Shown here: one piece after another, positions 39,401 to 52,312 of the stretch | Position numbering within the stretch: the stretch's first letter is position 1 | How the letters are laid out: each line of letters opens with the position of its first letter | Source of the DNA: Sphagnum compactum | Taxonomy: Eukaryota | Assembly (NCBI GenBank): GCA_965153455.1 | Contig: OZ234493.1 | Location: 24,294,213 to 24,358,212 of the forward strand | DNA length: 64,000 nt | Direction of reading: 5' to 3' | The notes under the pieces: generated by a model | Told to the model about the DNA's origin: nothing | The model's database searches: none | The model's input: the letters and a program-made list of their open reading frames with translations, nothing else | Made by a program: the position numbers and the translations under genes

Positions 39401-41931
39401 AAATGTGAATCAATATAGAAATTTTCATTTTGTGACATTCTAGTTAGATGACCAATCCGCAATTTTGAACTTCAAAAGTTCATTACTACTAACAAATGAA
39501 TTTTTTTCTCAACAAATAACCACACAGTTTTTTTCATAATGAAATTGTTAATTTACATCCAAGTCCCAATTAGTAGATCTAAGAATATATTAATCACCAT
39601 ATGCATTTAAATGAAGGGTACCTAGGGGAAAAACATAATTTCGTCACAAAAGTGAGCCATTGTATGTTGCATCTACCCAAATGGTGCAACTACAACTATC
39701 ACATCTATCATTTTTGAATTTCAAAACAATGTTATAACCATAAAAGTTCAACTAACAAATAACTCCACAAAAATGATTCTCAAACAATGTTCCTTTCAAC
39801 ACAAATGTATATATGATGGACTTTATTATGAAATGTCATTTCCAATAGTACTAGCATATGTTATGACTAGTCTCAAATCACAAGGTGCAACAATTGCATA
39901 AAAGTTGTCATTGAGATAAAAGAAGCTTTCACCCTTCGCCTCACATATGTCATGCTTTCAAGAGTCACAGATCAAAACAATTTAAAAGATATTTAAAAAT
40001 ATTATTCCAAATGATTTTACTCCTTGCAATTTCTTAGACAACTAAAACTACAACAATCTTATGTCAAAATTCAAAATTGAAAGTATGTTTCCCGCACCTA
40101 ATTGTTTTCACATTTCAGTTAATATTTTTATTAGTAAAAAATGAATATATAGGTGCACAATGTTTAGAATTATTCTTCATAACTTCAACATGTAAATGTG
40201 TCCTATATATATATACTATAATACATACATCACGTTCCAAAAAACATTTTTGTCACACATATCAAAGGCATGTCATTAAAATAATTATTTTGATTTAAAA
40301 TACTCCTAATAAAAAGATTGCTCCATTATGATCACTTCATACTTAAAATGTCCATATGAAAGATGGCATGTATAAGATTGCTTTCACATGTATTTCATGT
40401 GGTCACAAACCTATTGGGTGACTATAGTGTTATCCAATTATCCCCATTACAATTTTCAATGCTGCGCATTACAATTCACTTCTTGCCACAATCCTCCTAA
40501 GGTCCAAATTCCAAACATTCTATCCTCCATTCTCATAAACTTATTCAACTCTATTAAATTTTTACTCTACATTGACATTGGGTTTTTTGGTTGCAAGTAC
40601 TACAAAACATTTCTACAACAATTATACATTGAGACAAAGATCTCAAATAGTTTCACTTTTGTGAATATGATGTAATAAACATGTATATTCAACCAATGAC
40701 ACATTTTCTATGTGTCATGCCCATCTTCTACTTTTTTTAAGGTTTTTAAAAGTCTTTTATAGCTTTCAAATTAGTGAAAGGCTAATCACAACCTAGATCA
40801 CATTTTCACCAACAATATTTTTCAAACATCAAACATATGTGTTCCTAATAAAGACATGTCTCCTATTTAATTCATTTGCAAACTTAAAGGCTCAAAAATG
40901 AAATTTATTATTTGTTCGTCTTTACAATTTGGAGAAAATTGTTCCACACACTAAATAACAAAAGTAGTAATGGAAACCTTTGACATCAAATAAACTTTAC
41001 TGAGGAATGTTCACCAAATGTTGTACTTGTTACCATGAATTGAGTTGAATTTTTGATAAGTTCATTGAACATTTCGTATATGAAACTATTGCTAGTTTGA
41101 ACGTTGAGTTTGCCATAAGGGGTGAAATCACTACACAATGAGCCACTTGTTTTTATTTTTCTTCAAAATTAATATTTAAACTCGATTTTCACCTAAAATT
41201 AAGATTTCTTTTTCCAACTTTGTGAAGTAGGTGGTTTGGAAATCATCAACAAGAGGAGTTTAGCCAAATTTGGCAAAAAATTAAAGAAGAAAGCAGAAAA
41301 ATTACAAAATTATGTTATATTTTAGTAACATGTTGCAACATATGGTTTTAAGTGAGATGTTAAATACCCCCCATCGAACATTGTTTTGCGCTTGTTTCTT
41401 GTCTTCTTGCATGTGTTTTTCAACCCTACATGGTTCTACATGTGTTATTAATTTTGCAAAAGAATTTAACAATGTTCTTTTAATTTAAGGGTTATTCATT
41501 TTTTTGTAGTAGCTCAATGAATTCAAATCTAAACCTTCCATGTATAGAACATGCTACAGACCACTAGCATAGATTCAAGCATCGAAAAAACATGCTTTCT
41601 TTTTGTATTTCAATAATTTTTGTATTCAAAAAGTCAAACCCTGCAATAAAACCACAGAGTTTTCCATATAGTTACATTGTTAGGCCAAAAAAGGGTGTTG
41701 GATAGTGGTCAATGGGGGGGGGGGGGGGGGGGGGTATTTGGCGTCTTGCTAATTTTAACCTATTGTCCAAATTTGACGATTTCAAAAAAAAAACCCTCAC
41801 AATCTAGTAATTTTAAGCCATTTTATTCAAAAACCTATGTATGAATCACATTAGTTTTTTTTTCTGTCACCATGATGCAAAATTTCACCAAAAGACAAAA
41901 CACGTTGCTTTGGTTGCAACATATTTTGATA

Positions 41932-42607
41932 CAGTAAACCCCCTTTTAATCACACCCATTTTAATCATATTCTTGTTTATGTCACGCATTTTTTGATAAC
42001 CATCCGTTTTTAGTAAGAAACATCATTTTCTTAGTCACTATCACATTCATTAGTAGCACAAAATATTTGCAAAGCTTTCTTAGTAAATGTGACTATAATG
42101 AGAAATTTTAGAACAACTATTAGGGTTTTGTAAATTGTAATTATGTTTGGCAATGTCAATGTTGATTTGTGTTCAAGTTGTGCAAACTAACGACAATGAA
42201 TCTAGTTGAAGAGAAAAAAGAAAGACAACAACTTTCTATTGCAAACAAGCAAAAGATATGGAAGTTTTGCCAAATAAAAAATTAATAAAATCTAATAAAA
42301 TCTAATTGACAACATTTATACCTCAAATTCAATATAGATTGTCACATTAAAACATACCAAAATACAACCTTTTTCAAGTCTAATAATGCATGATAATGTT
42401 TAGAATAAGCCATGTAAGAAATTTAAACAATTGACACCTTTATTCTAGCATAAAAGGACTATTTTGCAAGATTTTTTTCTGTCTATAATCACAATCTTGT
42501 AAGGGTTTGTATGGAAAGTGACTATACACATCTGAATCACAATTTGTTAATGTCACACCCAAAAAAAGAATGATCACCAAGGGCATGATTATAAAGGGGG
42601 TTTATTG
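41932..42607 (+). mobile_element. Internally deleted pogo/Tigger-like (Tc1/mariner superfamily) element
   Basis: TA|CAGTAAACCCCCTTTTAATCACACCC ... GGGCATGATTATAAAGGGGGTTTATTG|TA: ~26-bp imperfect TIRs flanked by TA on both sides. Interior encodes MNLVEEKKERQQLSIANKQKIWKFC (~42196-42270), resembling the CENP-B/psq-type N-terminal HTH start of pogo transposases. Confidence 0.7.
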
Positions 42608-44307
42608 TAGGTCATTAATAGTAAGGTTCCTTCTCTAATGAAATCAATAGAGACTGCAACCAAGATCACCTAATAATGTTTTGACTTAATATTAGCACGA
42701 AAAAAATACTTGCAAAGATTATTTTAGAAATTTAGCTGAGAATGAGTTGTTTCCTCAAATGTTCCCACCTCACCAAAAGTTAGGTGTTGTCATATAGGCC
42801 TTCTCCTCCCACCAACGAAGAAGGGTCCAGGCCCCTTTGTGTCTAGTTGCATTGAGAGTGATTCACAATGATATATCCGATGAGGAGTTTTGTTAGCCTG
42901 TGCAAGTTGCTTTTGGGACAAGTCTCAACCGTTCACATAATAACATCCAAGTGTTCCAAGGTCATGCATTACACATATGAGGTAAACTTTATAATCTCAT
43001 TCATTACAATGTATACAATATACAGTTTGTATTGTGGCATATGTTACGTGATAATTCTTTTGTGTAATATGTGTCACAACCTAATGTCAAAAATTATAGT
43101 TTTAATGTATAATGTATGCCAAAATAAACACCACATATTGGATGGATGAAATCATCAATTTTGTCTCTCTCATATAAGTGTCATGAGCCGTGCCCTTTTG
43201 CGTGAGACCCTTAAAAGGTCTACATTCTATTGTAAAATGTGAAGGTCATGTATATATAATATGTGGAAGTTATCTGCAAAGTAAAACCCAGTTTGGGCAC
43301 CAATTTTAAGAAATTGTTGAGGTTTAGGTTTTAGGGGATCGGGTAAGTAAGTGTTGTCCAATTTCAAGAGAACCTCTAGTCCAGATTCAAGGAATTTTTT
43401 TCTTCTGTGTGCTAGAAACACCAATCTAGTTGTTACTCGATTCTTCACAAAAAGGATAAACCAACATCCTTTGTGAGTATGATTCATAACTGATGAATAT
43501 GAATATAGAGCCATAAATATATGATGAATATCAACGTCAGTGCCATTCATTCATAAATGTGAGTATGATTCCAAACCAGATCTGGCTCTACCATATCCGT
43601 GCATAACCCAAAACTTAGTTACTACCACTCCAAAGTCCAATTACCAGAGAACCAGAACTGAAACCACTGGTGTTTTCACATGCCTAGGTGAAGAACCAGA
43701 CAACAACACTGACTGGGTCCAAACTCTCGTTTGAGTAAAACAGTTAAAAGAAATTTTTGCAGTTTAGGTTTTAGGTATATATATAGATTACAATACCCCT
43801 AATATATGTATTTACCTCCCACACACATAATATCATAGTATCATAGTATCTGCGTGGGTTCCACACACAAGTGCCAAATTAAATTATTATTTCAAATTTA
43901 AGATTTGCCACATCAGTTTTTATATTTAAGCTTTTTGGCATATAAGCAATTTTTAGATATTTTAAAATTTTAACTCAACTTCAGAATTTCTTTTATTGTC
44001 CTTGTGTTCAATGTGTTCACAACTAAATGTGCTTTATCTGTACTAGGCCAGAGTCTAATGGACTCTCTGGTCCCAAACGGATGTAAAATTGTAAAACAGT
44101 AAACAGATTCCATAACCCCTCAATGTAAATTTTTCAAAATTTTCAACAACTGGGTTAATTAATTAAATGTTTTTCAAATTTTTTGACAAAATATGAAATA
44201 ATTTAATTTATGACATTTATCTACTAAACCCCTGCTCTAAGTTTTTGCAGCAAAAACAAAAAACAAAAACAAAAATCCCTCAAAAACACCCGTTTTTTTT
44301 GCCAGAA

Positions 44308-44470
44308 TTTTTTTTTGGGAAGCAGACCCAACAAACAAGCTGTTAGCAACCCCTAAAGTCAAGCCGAGGGCCAGCGGGGCTTTCACCTGCACACAAGTGG
44401 GTTTGAACCCAGTCTAACCTACAATGAACGGATGTAGAAATCCAAAAGCGCAGGCCTCTCAGCTGGTCTT
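44308..44470 (-). mobile_element. Probable tRNA-derived SINE
   Basis: On the minus strand: GC-rich head with A-box-like GACCAGCTGAGAGG, B-box/T-arm GGGTTCAAACCC (44410-44399), ~80 nt of unrelated body, then an A9 tail (44316-44308). No intact acceptor stem, so not a functional tRNA. Confidence 0.45.
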
Positions 44471-45854
44471 TTTCTGGAGGATGAAGCCTCTAATTATGAA
44501 GGAAATTAGGTTTCTTTCTTTTGGCTATATTTTGGTTGTTATGTTTATATCTTACAGATTGCATTGGCCGTGGTGTTGATTGGTGATGCATTTTTTCGCT
44601 GGGCTGTCCATACCTTGTGTGTGATTTGCCTAGATAATACTTATCTCTTATGGAACTTAGCTCTTGATGCAGAAGAAAAATGGAAGAATGTGGATATGGA
44701 GAGGCATGTCTGGCATTTTTCTGCAAGGATTTAAGGACCATTGGAGGAGCTGAAGGAAGAAGAAGCTGAGTTACCCATGTACTCTGATACATACATAGGA
44801 GATCTTTGAGAAAGTTTGCCACAGATAGGAAAGACAGGAGGAGGGGAAAAAACTCAAGTTATTTGCAACTATTGAGAAAGTGCGAAACTTTAATAGAAAA
44901 CAAAAAGAGAGATGTTTTGACAACATGCCAAGGACGCTGGAGGAGTAAAAAAAAACTTGGACCCAGAAAAGAATGTCCCGAATTTAGCAAAATGGAAGTA
45001 GGCAATTGCATTATTAGTACAATAACATACATTAACATAAAGACCATAGCAAGGGTACTTATGATACGAGAAAGTAACATACACTAAAAAAGATAACAAG
45101 CACATTTATAATTGAGTATTGTCAATTTTAGGAAGAAGATGAAACTGGGAAATTCAACAATGAATGTCTGAGGATTATCATGGGGTCTAAAACAAATAAT
45201 GGCTTTCCCACAGGATCATTTAGATATATAATCTATATAATACTGGGTTGGATGGTGATGATATTTTGCCTTCTGATTCATTATTATAACATAACAAGGC
45301 TTTGAGGCATAAAGATTGAACCCAAAGAATGAAAGACTAATCAAGCTCAGCAACACCAAGAAGGATGGACAAGGAAGGAGAAGGGAGGCAGTTGCAAAAT
45401 TATTGAGATTCTATCAACTATCTAGCACCTGAATCCTATTTATGTGTACGGAAGAACCTTATCTTGCTCCATCGGAACTTGTCTCTTACTTGAATTGAAT
45501 CTTGGAGCCTAAAACCAGATCCTGCTTCATATCCAAAAAACCCCTTGGCTTTGAAGCTCAAAAGTCTGCAGCTGCAGAATTGTACAACAGATAGATTACA
45601 ATGCCTCATAACCAGGAAATCAACAAAAATGGGAAGGTTCCAGAAGGCTTAATATTCTTCATGAAAGTCATGAGCTTTCAAATCACAACATAGGCAGAGA
45701 GTGTAGCAGTGAACTTCAGAGTGATCTGCTGGAAGACATCCAGAAAATTGCTCTATCCTCTTTTAAGTTTTCTTTAGTTTATCATAAGCCATTTTCCACT
45801 TCCCGTTTGAAGAGACAGATAAAAAAGGGAACCATCTATTTGGTCCACCAGGTG

Positions 45855-48800
45855 TCAGTAAATGTGAGGGAGTATCTTATAGGGAACTCTCTTCTTGTAC
45901 TTCTCCCAGTAGGTATTGTATCTGCAAACAAAACAATATGTCAGTATGTCTTTCATACATGAATCTTTGAATTAGCATCTATCTTCTTTGGAAATGACAT
46001 AAGTTGATGTTCAACAGGCCATTTGCATGGAGCTTGAACTTTTACTTTAGTTGGCATCTCTTGTCATCCCGTTCAGCTCGGTCAACCAGCAGAAGTGTCA
46101 AATAGAATACATAAAAGTAGGGGAAAGCCTGTATCACCCACAGCCACATCTCATTTAGTGTTTTCTGCACTGGAGTTATCCTGGGCACTTAATGACCAGC
46201 TTCCATTGACTAAGACAAGCAAAAAAGTAGAATATCATGCCAAGAGAGACACAGGAAAGTTCTGTAGTTGAGCTGTGAGATACATGAGTGAACAGAGCTG
46301 GAACACTCCACAAGAAGGATGCTGCAATCTCTGGTGCATAGTGAAAATGTCGTGCAAGTCCCCACCTGCCATTGCAGCAACATCAACAGACCAGAAAAGA
46401 AAATGCACTCCTACTAGACCAAACAGAGACTTTGTCGGACAGAAAGAATATCATCTGAGACTTCCATGCCAGTCCTCTTGGGTTTTCCACCTTGACAGCA
46501 GTTTGTAGCTGGAACAGGGCCATCTGAGGAAAGGGGAAAATTACAGACATGACTTTTCTCCTCAAATGCAAAGAACTACACACCCAAGCAAGGCTTTCCT
46601 TCTGATACAATCTTTCAGATGATCTAAGTGTAATATGTTCAACACTCCTTCCAGCACTCTGATTTCAAGAAAAGGAGTGTGTTTTCAACCAGCAGAGAAT
46701 CCTGGCTGACAGAGGTTCCAATAGTTAGTTAGTATTTACCAGCCCGATATTAGAAGAAGGCTCTGCTTCCTCTCTCCTGCCTCTGTCACATACTGAGCTT
46801 CAATCTGCTCGAAGTACCAAAATAGAACCAGGAAAAGTCAGTGCAAATGTGCTTTTGACAATTTACATGAGCTAAATTTTTGGGTGCTAATAATTTTGAC
46901 TTGCCTCTTTTTCTGTCTTACTTGAAGACAGATCTGACTGAAGGTTACAGCAAGCAGAGTCTTATGAGTACAGTATGTGAAAGATAAGATCTTCTGGGGT
47001 CAGCTGAAGCCATTCAAATCGAAGGCAAGGAGAGTACCATTTCAGGTGTTCTTCCCCAAACTTTATCTTTGCCATTAGACTTCCGGAACTGTTGTCGTTG
47101 GCAGTCACAGTCATAGTTGATCCAGATACATAGCAAACCAGCTACTAATATTGCAGCTGCAAGCTACAGAAAGTACCCACAAACGAGAAGATGTTACAAC
47201 AGAATGGCATTCTGGCATTCTGAGTCTATGCTCAGTCAAACCCAACCTTCAGATGGAATGCACTGGAGAATGAAATGTTGATGTGGTACTCACAAGATGC
47301 TGAAGTAGTTCTATTTGAGGATCTAAGTGAAAGAATGAAGATGCACTGAATTGCACTATAAATTGAATAATGTCCAAACAGAAAATAAAAAGAAACAGGA
47401 ACTCTTTTTTCATCAAACTTACAGCATTGCCAAGCTGCACAGGATGATCAACAAGATAAAGGGCTGGAGAAGTGTACACTGATGGGAGCCATACCAGACA
47501 ACCCCACACAATATAAAAGCCCGCTGCATTTTACAAAACCAATGTTAGAACAGAGTATGCAGCCACCAGGTTATGGAAAGTTTAAAATGTATTGTCTAAT
47601 TTGTTCAGCTTGGCAATTGCCTAATCTTATTGTGTAACAATAAGATCATGGATGTCTTGTTGTGAGATTGGCAAGGCAAGAAGACTCACCCCGATCATGT
47701 GCTATGTCCATGGAGTTCCAGTAGCCTGACTCCCACCAAAAGAACTTCGTAATATACACTAGCATAAGCACCACACTCACTAGCAGTGAGTCTGATAGCT
47801 TCCCATACAACTCAACCTGCCACCCAAAACACAGAGTCAGGCTTCCCAGCCATTCAGTTTCCCTCCCCGATTGAGCCACCATATTTAGAACAAGCATCTC
47901 TTCCTTTACTTTAAACTGAAAGCTAGCTATGGAAGGGTACAACCCATATGTGAATAGTAGCTTCTGAGGCATTCAAATTATAAACTCTGAAAGTTAGAGA
48001 GGGTAACAAGCATTTTCCTCCTTTGTTTTATCCCAACATGTTCAGTATTCAGTTTGCACTCCAGGTTTTAGAGTAATAGAACAATTCAGACCTGTTTCAC
48101 ACAGAAGCTGATTATCAAGACTGCCCAGCTCATCATGCCAAATCGGCAGTTTGTGAAAACCTTTATGTCAAAGTCTTTTCCTATCCTTGGATACAGCTCC
48201 ATCCCCTGCAGAAGCAGAATGGAGAACACCCAGGAGACTATTTAAGTAACAACTCTCTAATGATCTCTCCAACTATGCATGGAAATTGCTCCACACAAGC
48301 TGAAAAAAGATGTGGCACAAAGATTTGATATTACCCAGTAAAAGTCCACCAAGATGTTCCCTGAAGAACCCCAGTCTGACGATGAAGGAATTATGTGGCC
48401 CTGCAATGATGGGGACCAAGCATAAGCAAAAAACTGATGTTGCAAACTGAGAGCATCAGGATGTTGGTGAAATGATACATGAGGAGCCACTTGAAGGAAA
48501 AAAAAAATAGGTCACATACTTTCATGTACAGAAAACAACAGAAGAAAAAACTTGTGATGACAAGTGTTGACAAGATTTCGCCAAGGTGGTCATACACCAA
48601 TGCTGGATTGAAGTACTTCTCTCTGCACATACATTCAGATATCAGTAGGACTTTTCTGGTGAAGAAATCCTTCGACCTGTTTTCAAATTAACCAAAGGAT
48701 CCTCCTAATTTAGAGGTCATGTTTATAATGAACTTGAATAGTAGAGAAAGAAGGTGGGGAAATGACTAAAGAACACATTTGAAAGTGCACATATAAAACC

Positions 48801-50367
48801 AGGTTGTTCAATCAACACAAACCCAAAACTCCCAATTTCACACCATAACCTCAAAACCATGCAGAAGTGTTCCCTTGATCATGGTTGTTTCAAGTTGATC
48901 TAATGTAAGGACAACTTAGTGACAGAAGCAATCGGGAGTTACTTGTATAGATAGTAGTAAAAGAGAATTGTGATCAGATAGCATGCCAATCCATTATTCT
49001 GCGCATCCAAACACAACAGTACCACCAGAAATTCAGAGTGAAACATCCTCATTTTGTTGAAAACATTCCCAGCTATACCATGGTGGAGGCAGGTCCATTT
49101 GCATCCAAAGCTGCAGTCTCAACCAATTTGGCAATTCATGAAGAGGATTTGACCTTGTAGACTGGGTGATTCCCTGTTGGTGAAACAGGGCCAATGTGTT
49201 CTTCTCCAGGCACAAAGAGTTGTAACAGGGCCTCAAACATGCTGTAGCAAACAATGAGCTTAAAAGCATATAAGCTGGGCACAGGCCAAATCTCCAGTAT
49301 TCCTCTCAGCCCATTTTCCCTCAAAAATTTCCACATATTGGCAACTGACCCATCCAGGTTCACTGCTGTATGCCACCTGCAATAATAGGTCAAAACACCC
49401 AATCCAGCAAATTCAGAATCAAGACTGGAGATCTGAATCACAAAACCAAGCCTGCATAAATTTGAGAATGCCTACTGGAGACACGGTGCAACACAACTGG
49501 TGCAGTTGAGTTCAGAGTGCATTGACACTGATAGCAGGATTTCACGCTCTAGAAATGCACTTGCTATAAATAGGGGTATGCATGTCACTGTTGAGCAGCC
49601 ATTCATCATTGTTTCAAGGATATTCTTGACACTAATGGCACCCCCAAAGACCCCAGCACAGAAGGCTGTTCACCTTCAACAGATTGGTCATTAAGCTATT
49701 TCTTGCACAGCCATCCCAGTATTCTAAATCTTGTAGTTGGCTTCACAGGTACAGGCCACATCTGTCAACTTCATTTGTGCGTTGCTATCAACAACAATGC
49801 AGAGTTCAGCCCTTCCTATTTTCTACCAGACAGTGTTTGAACATGTCAGTTGTGAAGTGCAAAATGTTGTCTGAGTGCATCCTCTCACATCAAGCTCAAC
49901 AATACACTCTCACATCCACTAACATTGTTGAACTGGATGTGAGAGAGCTTGCATGCACTCAGACATTCTCCAACGTCATAAGAACAAGGATGGTATCGAA
50001 ACCCTTGCTACATAGCTTTATCGACATTTTACATAGCAGTTGTCGACATTTGCTGTTTTGCTTGCTTCTATGGCGGCGAGGGTGTGGTTAAGCGATGGAT
50101 GTGAGAGTTCTTGAAAACTGGTACCTATAACGAAGGACCACAAGATCAACAACAAAGGACAACACGGCGATGTCAAAATGTAGGTCCTGAGATGGTCGGT
50201 GGAAGCAGGTAGACTTACAGGCAAATGACGAACACAGGACATAGCAGAATGAAAACTGCCATACTCGCATACATGGTGAACTTGGAGTGCGCACTTAGAT
50301 TCTTCTTCTGATACTCCGAAATCTCGATCTTTTGCGAAGCAGGAGGATTTCTTGTCTTCTCCGCCAT
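45855..50367 (-). CDS. DWF5: Sterol delta-7 reductase (7-dehydrocholesterol reductase, ERG4/ERG24 family); ~453 aa
   Basis: 13 GT-AG exons (minus): 50367-50219, 49376-49154, 48998-48943, 48622-48520, 48400-48335, 48205-48092, 47816-47690, 47523-47423, 47163-47038, 46804-46740, 46365-46284, 46128-46046, 45921-45855. Motifs: GPVSPTGNHPVYK, DFYWGMELYPRIG, KVFTNCRFGMMSW, KFFWWESGYWNSMDIAHDRAGFY, LLISGWWGLARHFHY, DRAERDDKRC..KY..YW.KY...VPYKILPHIY*. Confidence 0.97.
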
Positions 50368-51856
50368 TTCGCTCCGCCTCCTGCAGGTCTCCTCTCTGTC
50401 TCTCTGTCCCGCTCACGCACACAAACTTGCGCGCGCGGCACACTGAGCAGCTACGTCAACTCAGTGGCAATGCCAAAGAAGATCAGAGTGAAGAATGTGG
50501 AAACATCTCCACCACGCAAAAATATAACAACGACGAAGACGACGGCTAAGAGTCTTCGTAACGCAACCAGCGCCAGCCTAACCCCCGGGGCCCGCGAAAG
50601 GGATGCGCGCCATCGTTCCACGATGAAAACCGCCCTGACGAGCGGACAAATCCGTCAACGGTAAAATGCCATCCGAATAACGACGTGCAACCGCCAGAAA
50701 AAATCTCCCGACCAACCGCAAAAAGAAAGAAGGAATTTGGCTTCCTTCCCGCACGGCCTAACAGAGAGACCGACTCTCGGCCTAACAGACAGTCCTCACA
50801 GACTGGATACATGGACTGCCTCATATGTGAAAGCCAAGAATAGCCCGCCCCCGAAAAAAATATTAAAATTAAAAACAAATCAAACAAACAAAAACAGGGA
50901 GGCAAAAAAAAAAGAAAAAGAAAAAAGGCAAAGCAAGCAAACCTCAAAATCTCTGTATCACTGCACTTGCCTCGATCATGAACGACCTGACGAAAAGTCT
51001 TGGCAACTTTGCGTCCATTATTATCATTCTCATGCAAATATCTAGAGCACAGATTTAGCATGCGGAAACAAAACACACAGACATGAACCCCGCACATGAC
51101 GCAAAAAGACTAGGCTCAGGACAGGCCAACGGAATGTACCACATCTGCCCGTTAGCTTGTCAGCACGGCAATCGTGGCGGAAGAGCTTTCCTCACGATAC
51201 CTTCGCATTCGCCTCCCCCTCTCCCCCCCCCCCCCCCCTTTCCCTCCCTCCCTTTTAGCCTTGTGACTAGCTCGGGCAAAAGAAGAAGCAAAATTCTTAA
51301 GCTCTGCTCAAAAACAATCATTTAGCCTAACCGAAATGAACACCTGAACAGGAACTCAGACAAAAAGTAACAAAAGTTTAAGCACTAGTACTCTGAAAGC
51401 GAAGCTTGAAACAGCAGGAAGCCAGAGAACAGAGCACACTTATGCTCCCTCACCGCACCCCCTCCAACACTCCGTTTGCACTTGATTCATACGGAATTTC
51501 AGAAAGGCCAGGGATGCGAGAACTTCTCGCAACAAACAAAGTTGGCAAACCTCAAAGGAAGATTTCCTTGGTTGGGAGCCAGCCCTGAACGTGTTGCAGA
51601 TTCTGGCGTTGTCATGCCCTAGGCCCCTATGGGGCCCTTGGTAGCCCCATAGGGTCATTGGGAACATGTCTAATTTTAATCCTTATTTTTTATTATTTTT
51701 TTATATATCCTACATACTACATCCACCAAGGTCATCCATGAAAGCCATGGTAACACTAAGAATTTTAGCTTAGGCTTGTTGGGTTAGGCACCAAAAGGTT
51801 CTTTCTTTTGGCTTGGAGTTGAAGGACATGTTCCATACCCACCTTGCCCCGGTTGA

Positions 51857-52312
51857 AAGGCCTCGATCATCATATCCAAAGCACCTTAAGGCCTCAATCA
51901 TCATATCCAAGCACCTTAAGGCCTCGATCATCATATCCAAAGCACCTTAAGGCCTCAATCATCATATCCAAGCACCTTAAGGCCTCGATCATCATATCCA
52001 AAGCACCTTAAGGCCATGATCATCATATCCAAGCACCTTAAGACCATGATCATCATATCCAAGCACCTTAAGGCCTCGATCGTCATATCCAAGCACCTTA
52101 AGGCCATGATCATCATATTCCAAGCACCTTAAGGCCTCGATCATCATATCGAAGCACCTTAAGGCCTCGATCATCATATCCAAGCACCTTAAGGCCATGA
52201 TCATCATATCCCAAGCACCTTAAGGCCTCGATCATCATATCGAAGCACCTTAAGGCCTCGATCATCATATCCAAGCACCTTAAGGCCATGATCATCATAT
52301 CCCAAGCACCTT
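51857..52312. repeat. Minisatellite: 15 tandem copies of a 30/31-bp unit AAGGCCTCGATCATCATATCC(A)AAGCACCTT
   Basis: Units counted by hand; contiguous with no unique spacers; variants CCTCG/CCTCA/CCATG and 1-bp indels. Confidence 0.95.

Noticed and set aside
33500-41200. Possible transposase or helicase remnants in a long AT-rich block
   Set aside because: Probably decayed TE DNA, but no motif could be identified with confidence by eye; needs a TBLASTX/RepeatMasker search.
44390-44470. Functional tRNA gene
   Set aside because: Only the T-arm/B-box is recognisable; no acceptor stem or clear anticodon arm.
42-50367. Metabolic gene cluster (carrier, hydrolase, kinase, sterol reductase)
   Set aside because: Products act in different compartments and pathways and are separated by TE-rich spacers; nothing suggests co-regulation.
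51857-52312. CRISPR-like array, or the repetitive ORFs MMIMALRCLD...
   Set aside because: Units are directly contiguous with no unique spacers, there are no cas genes and the context is eukaryotic. The ORFs are by-products of a 30-bp period.
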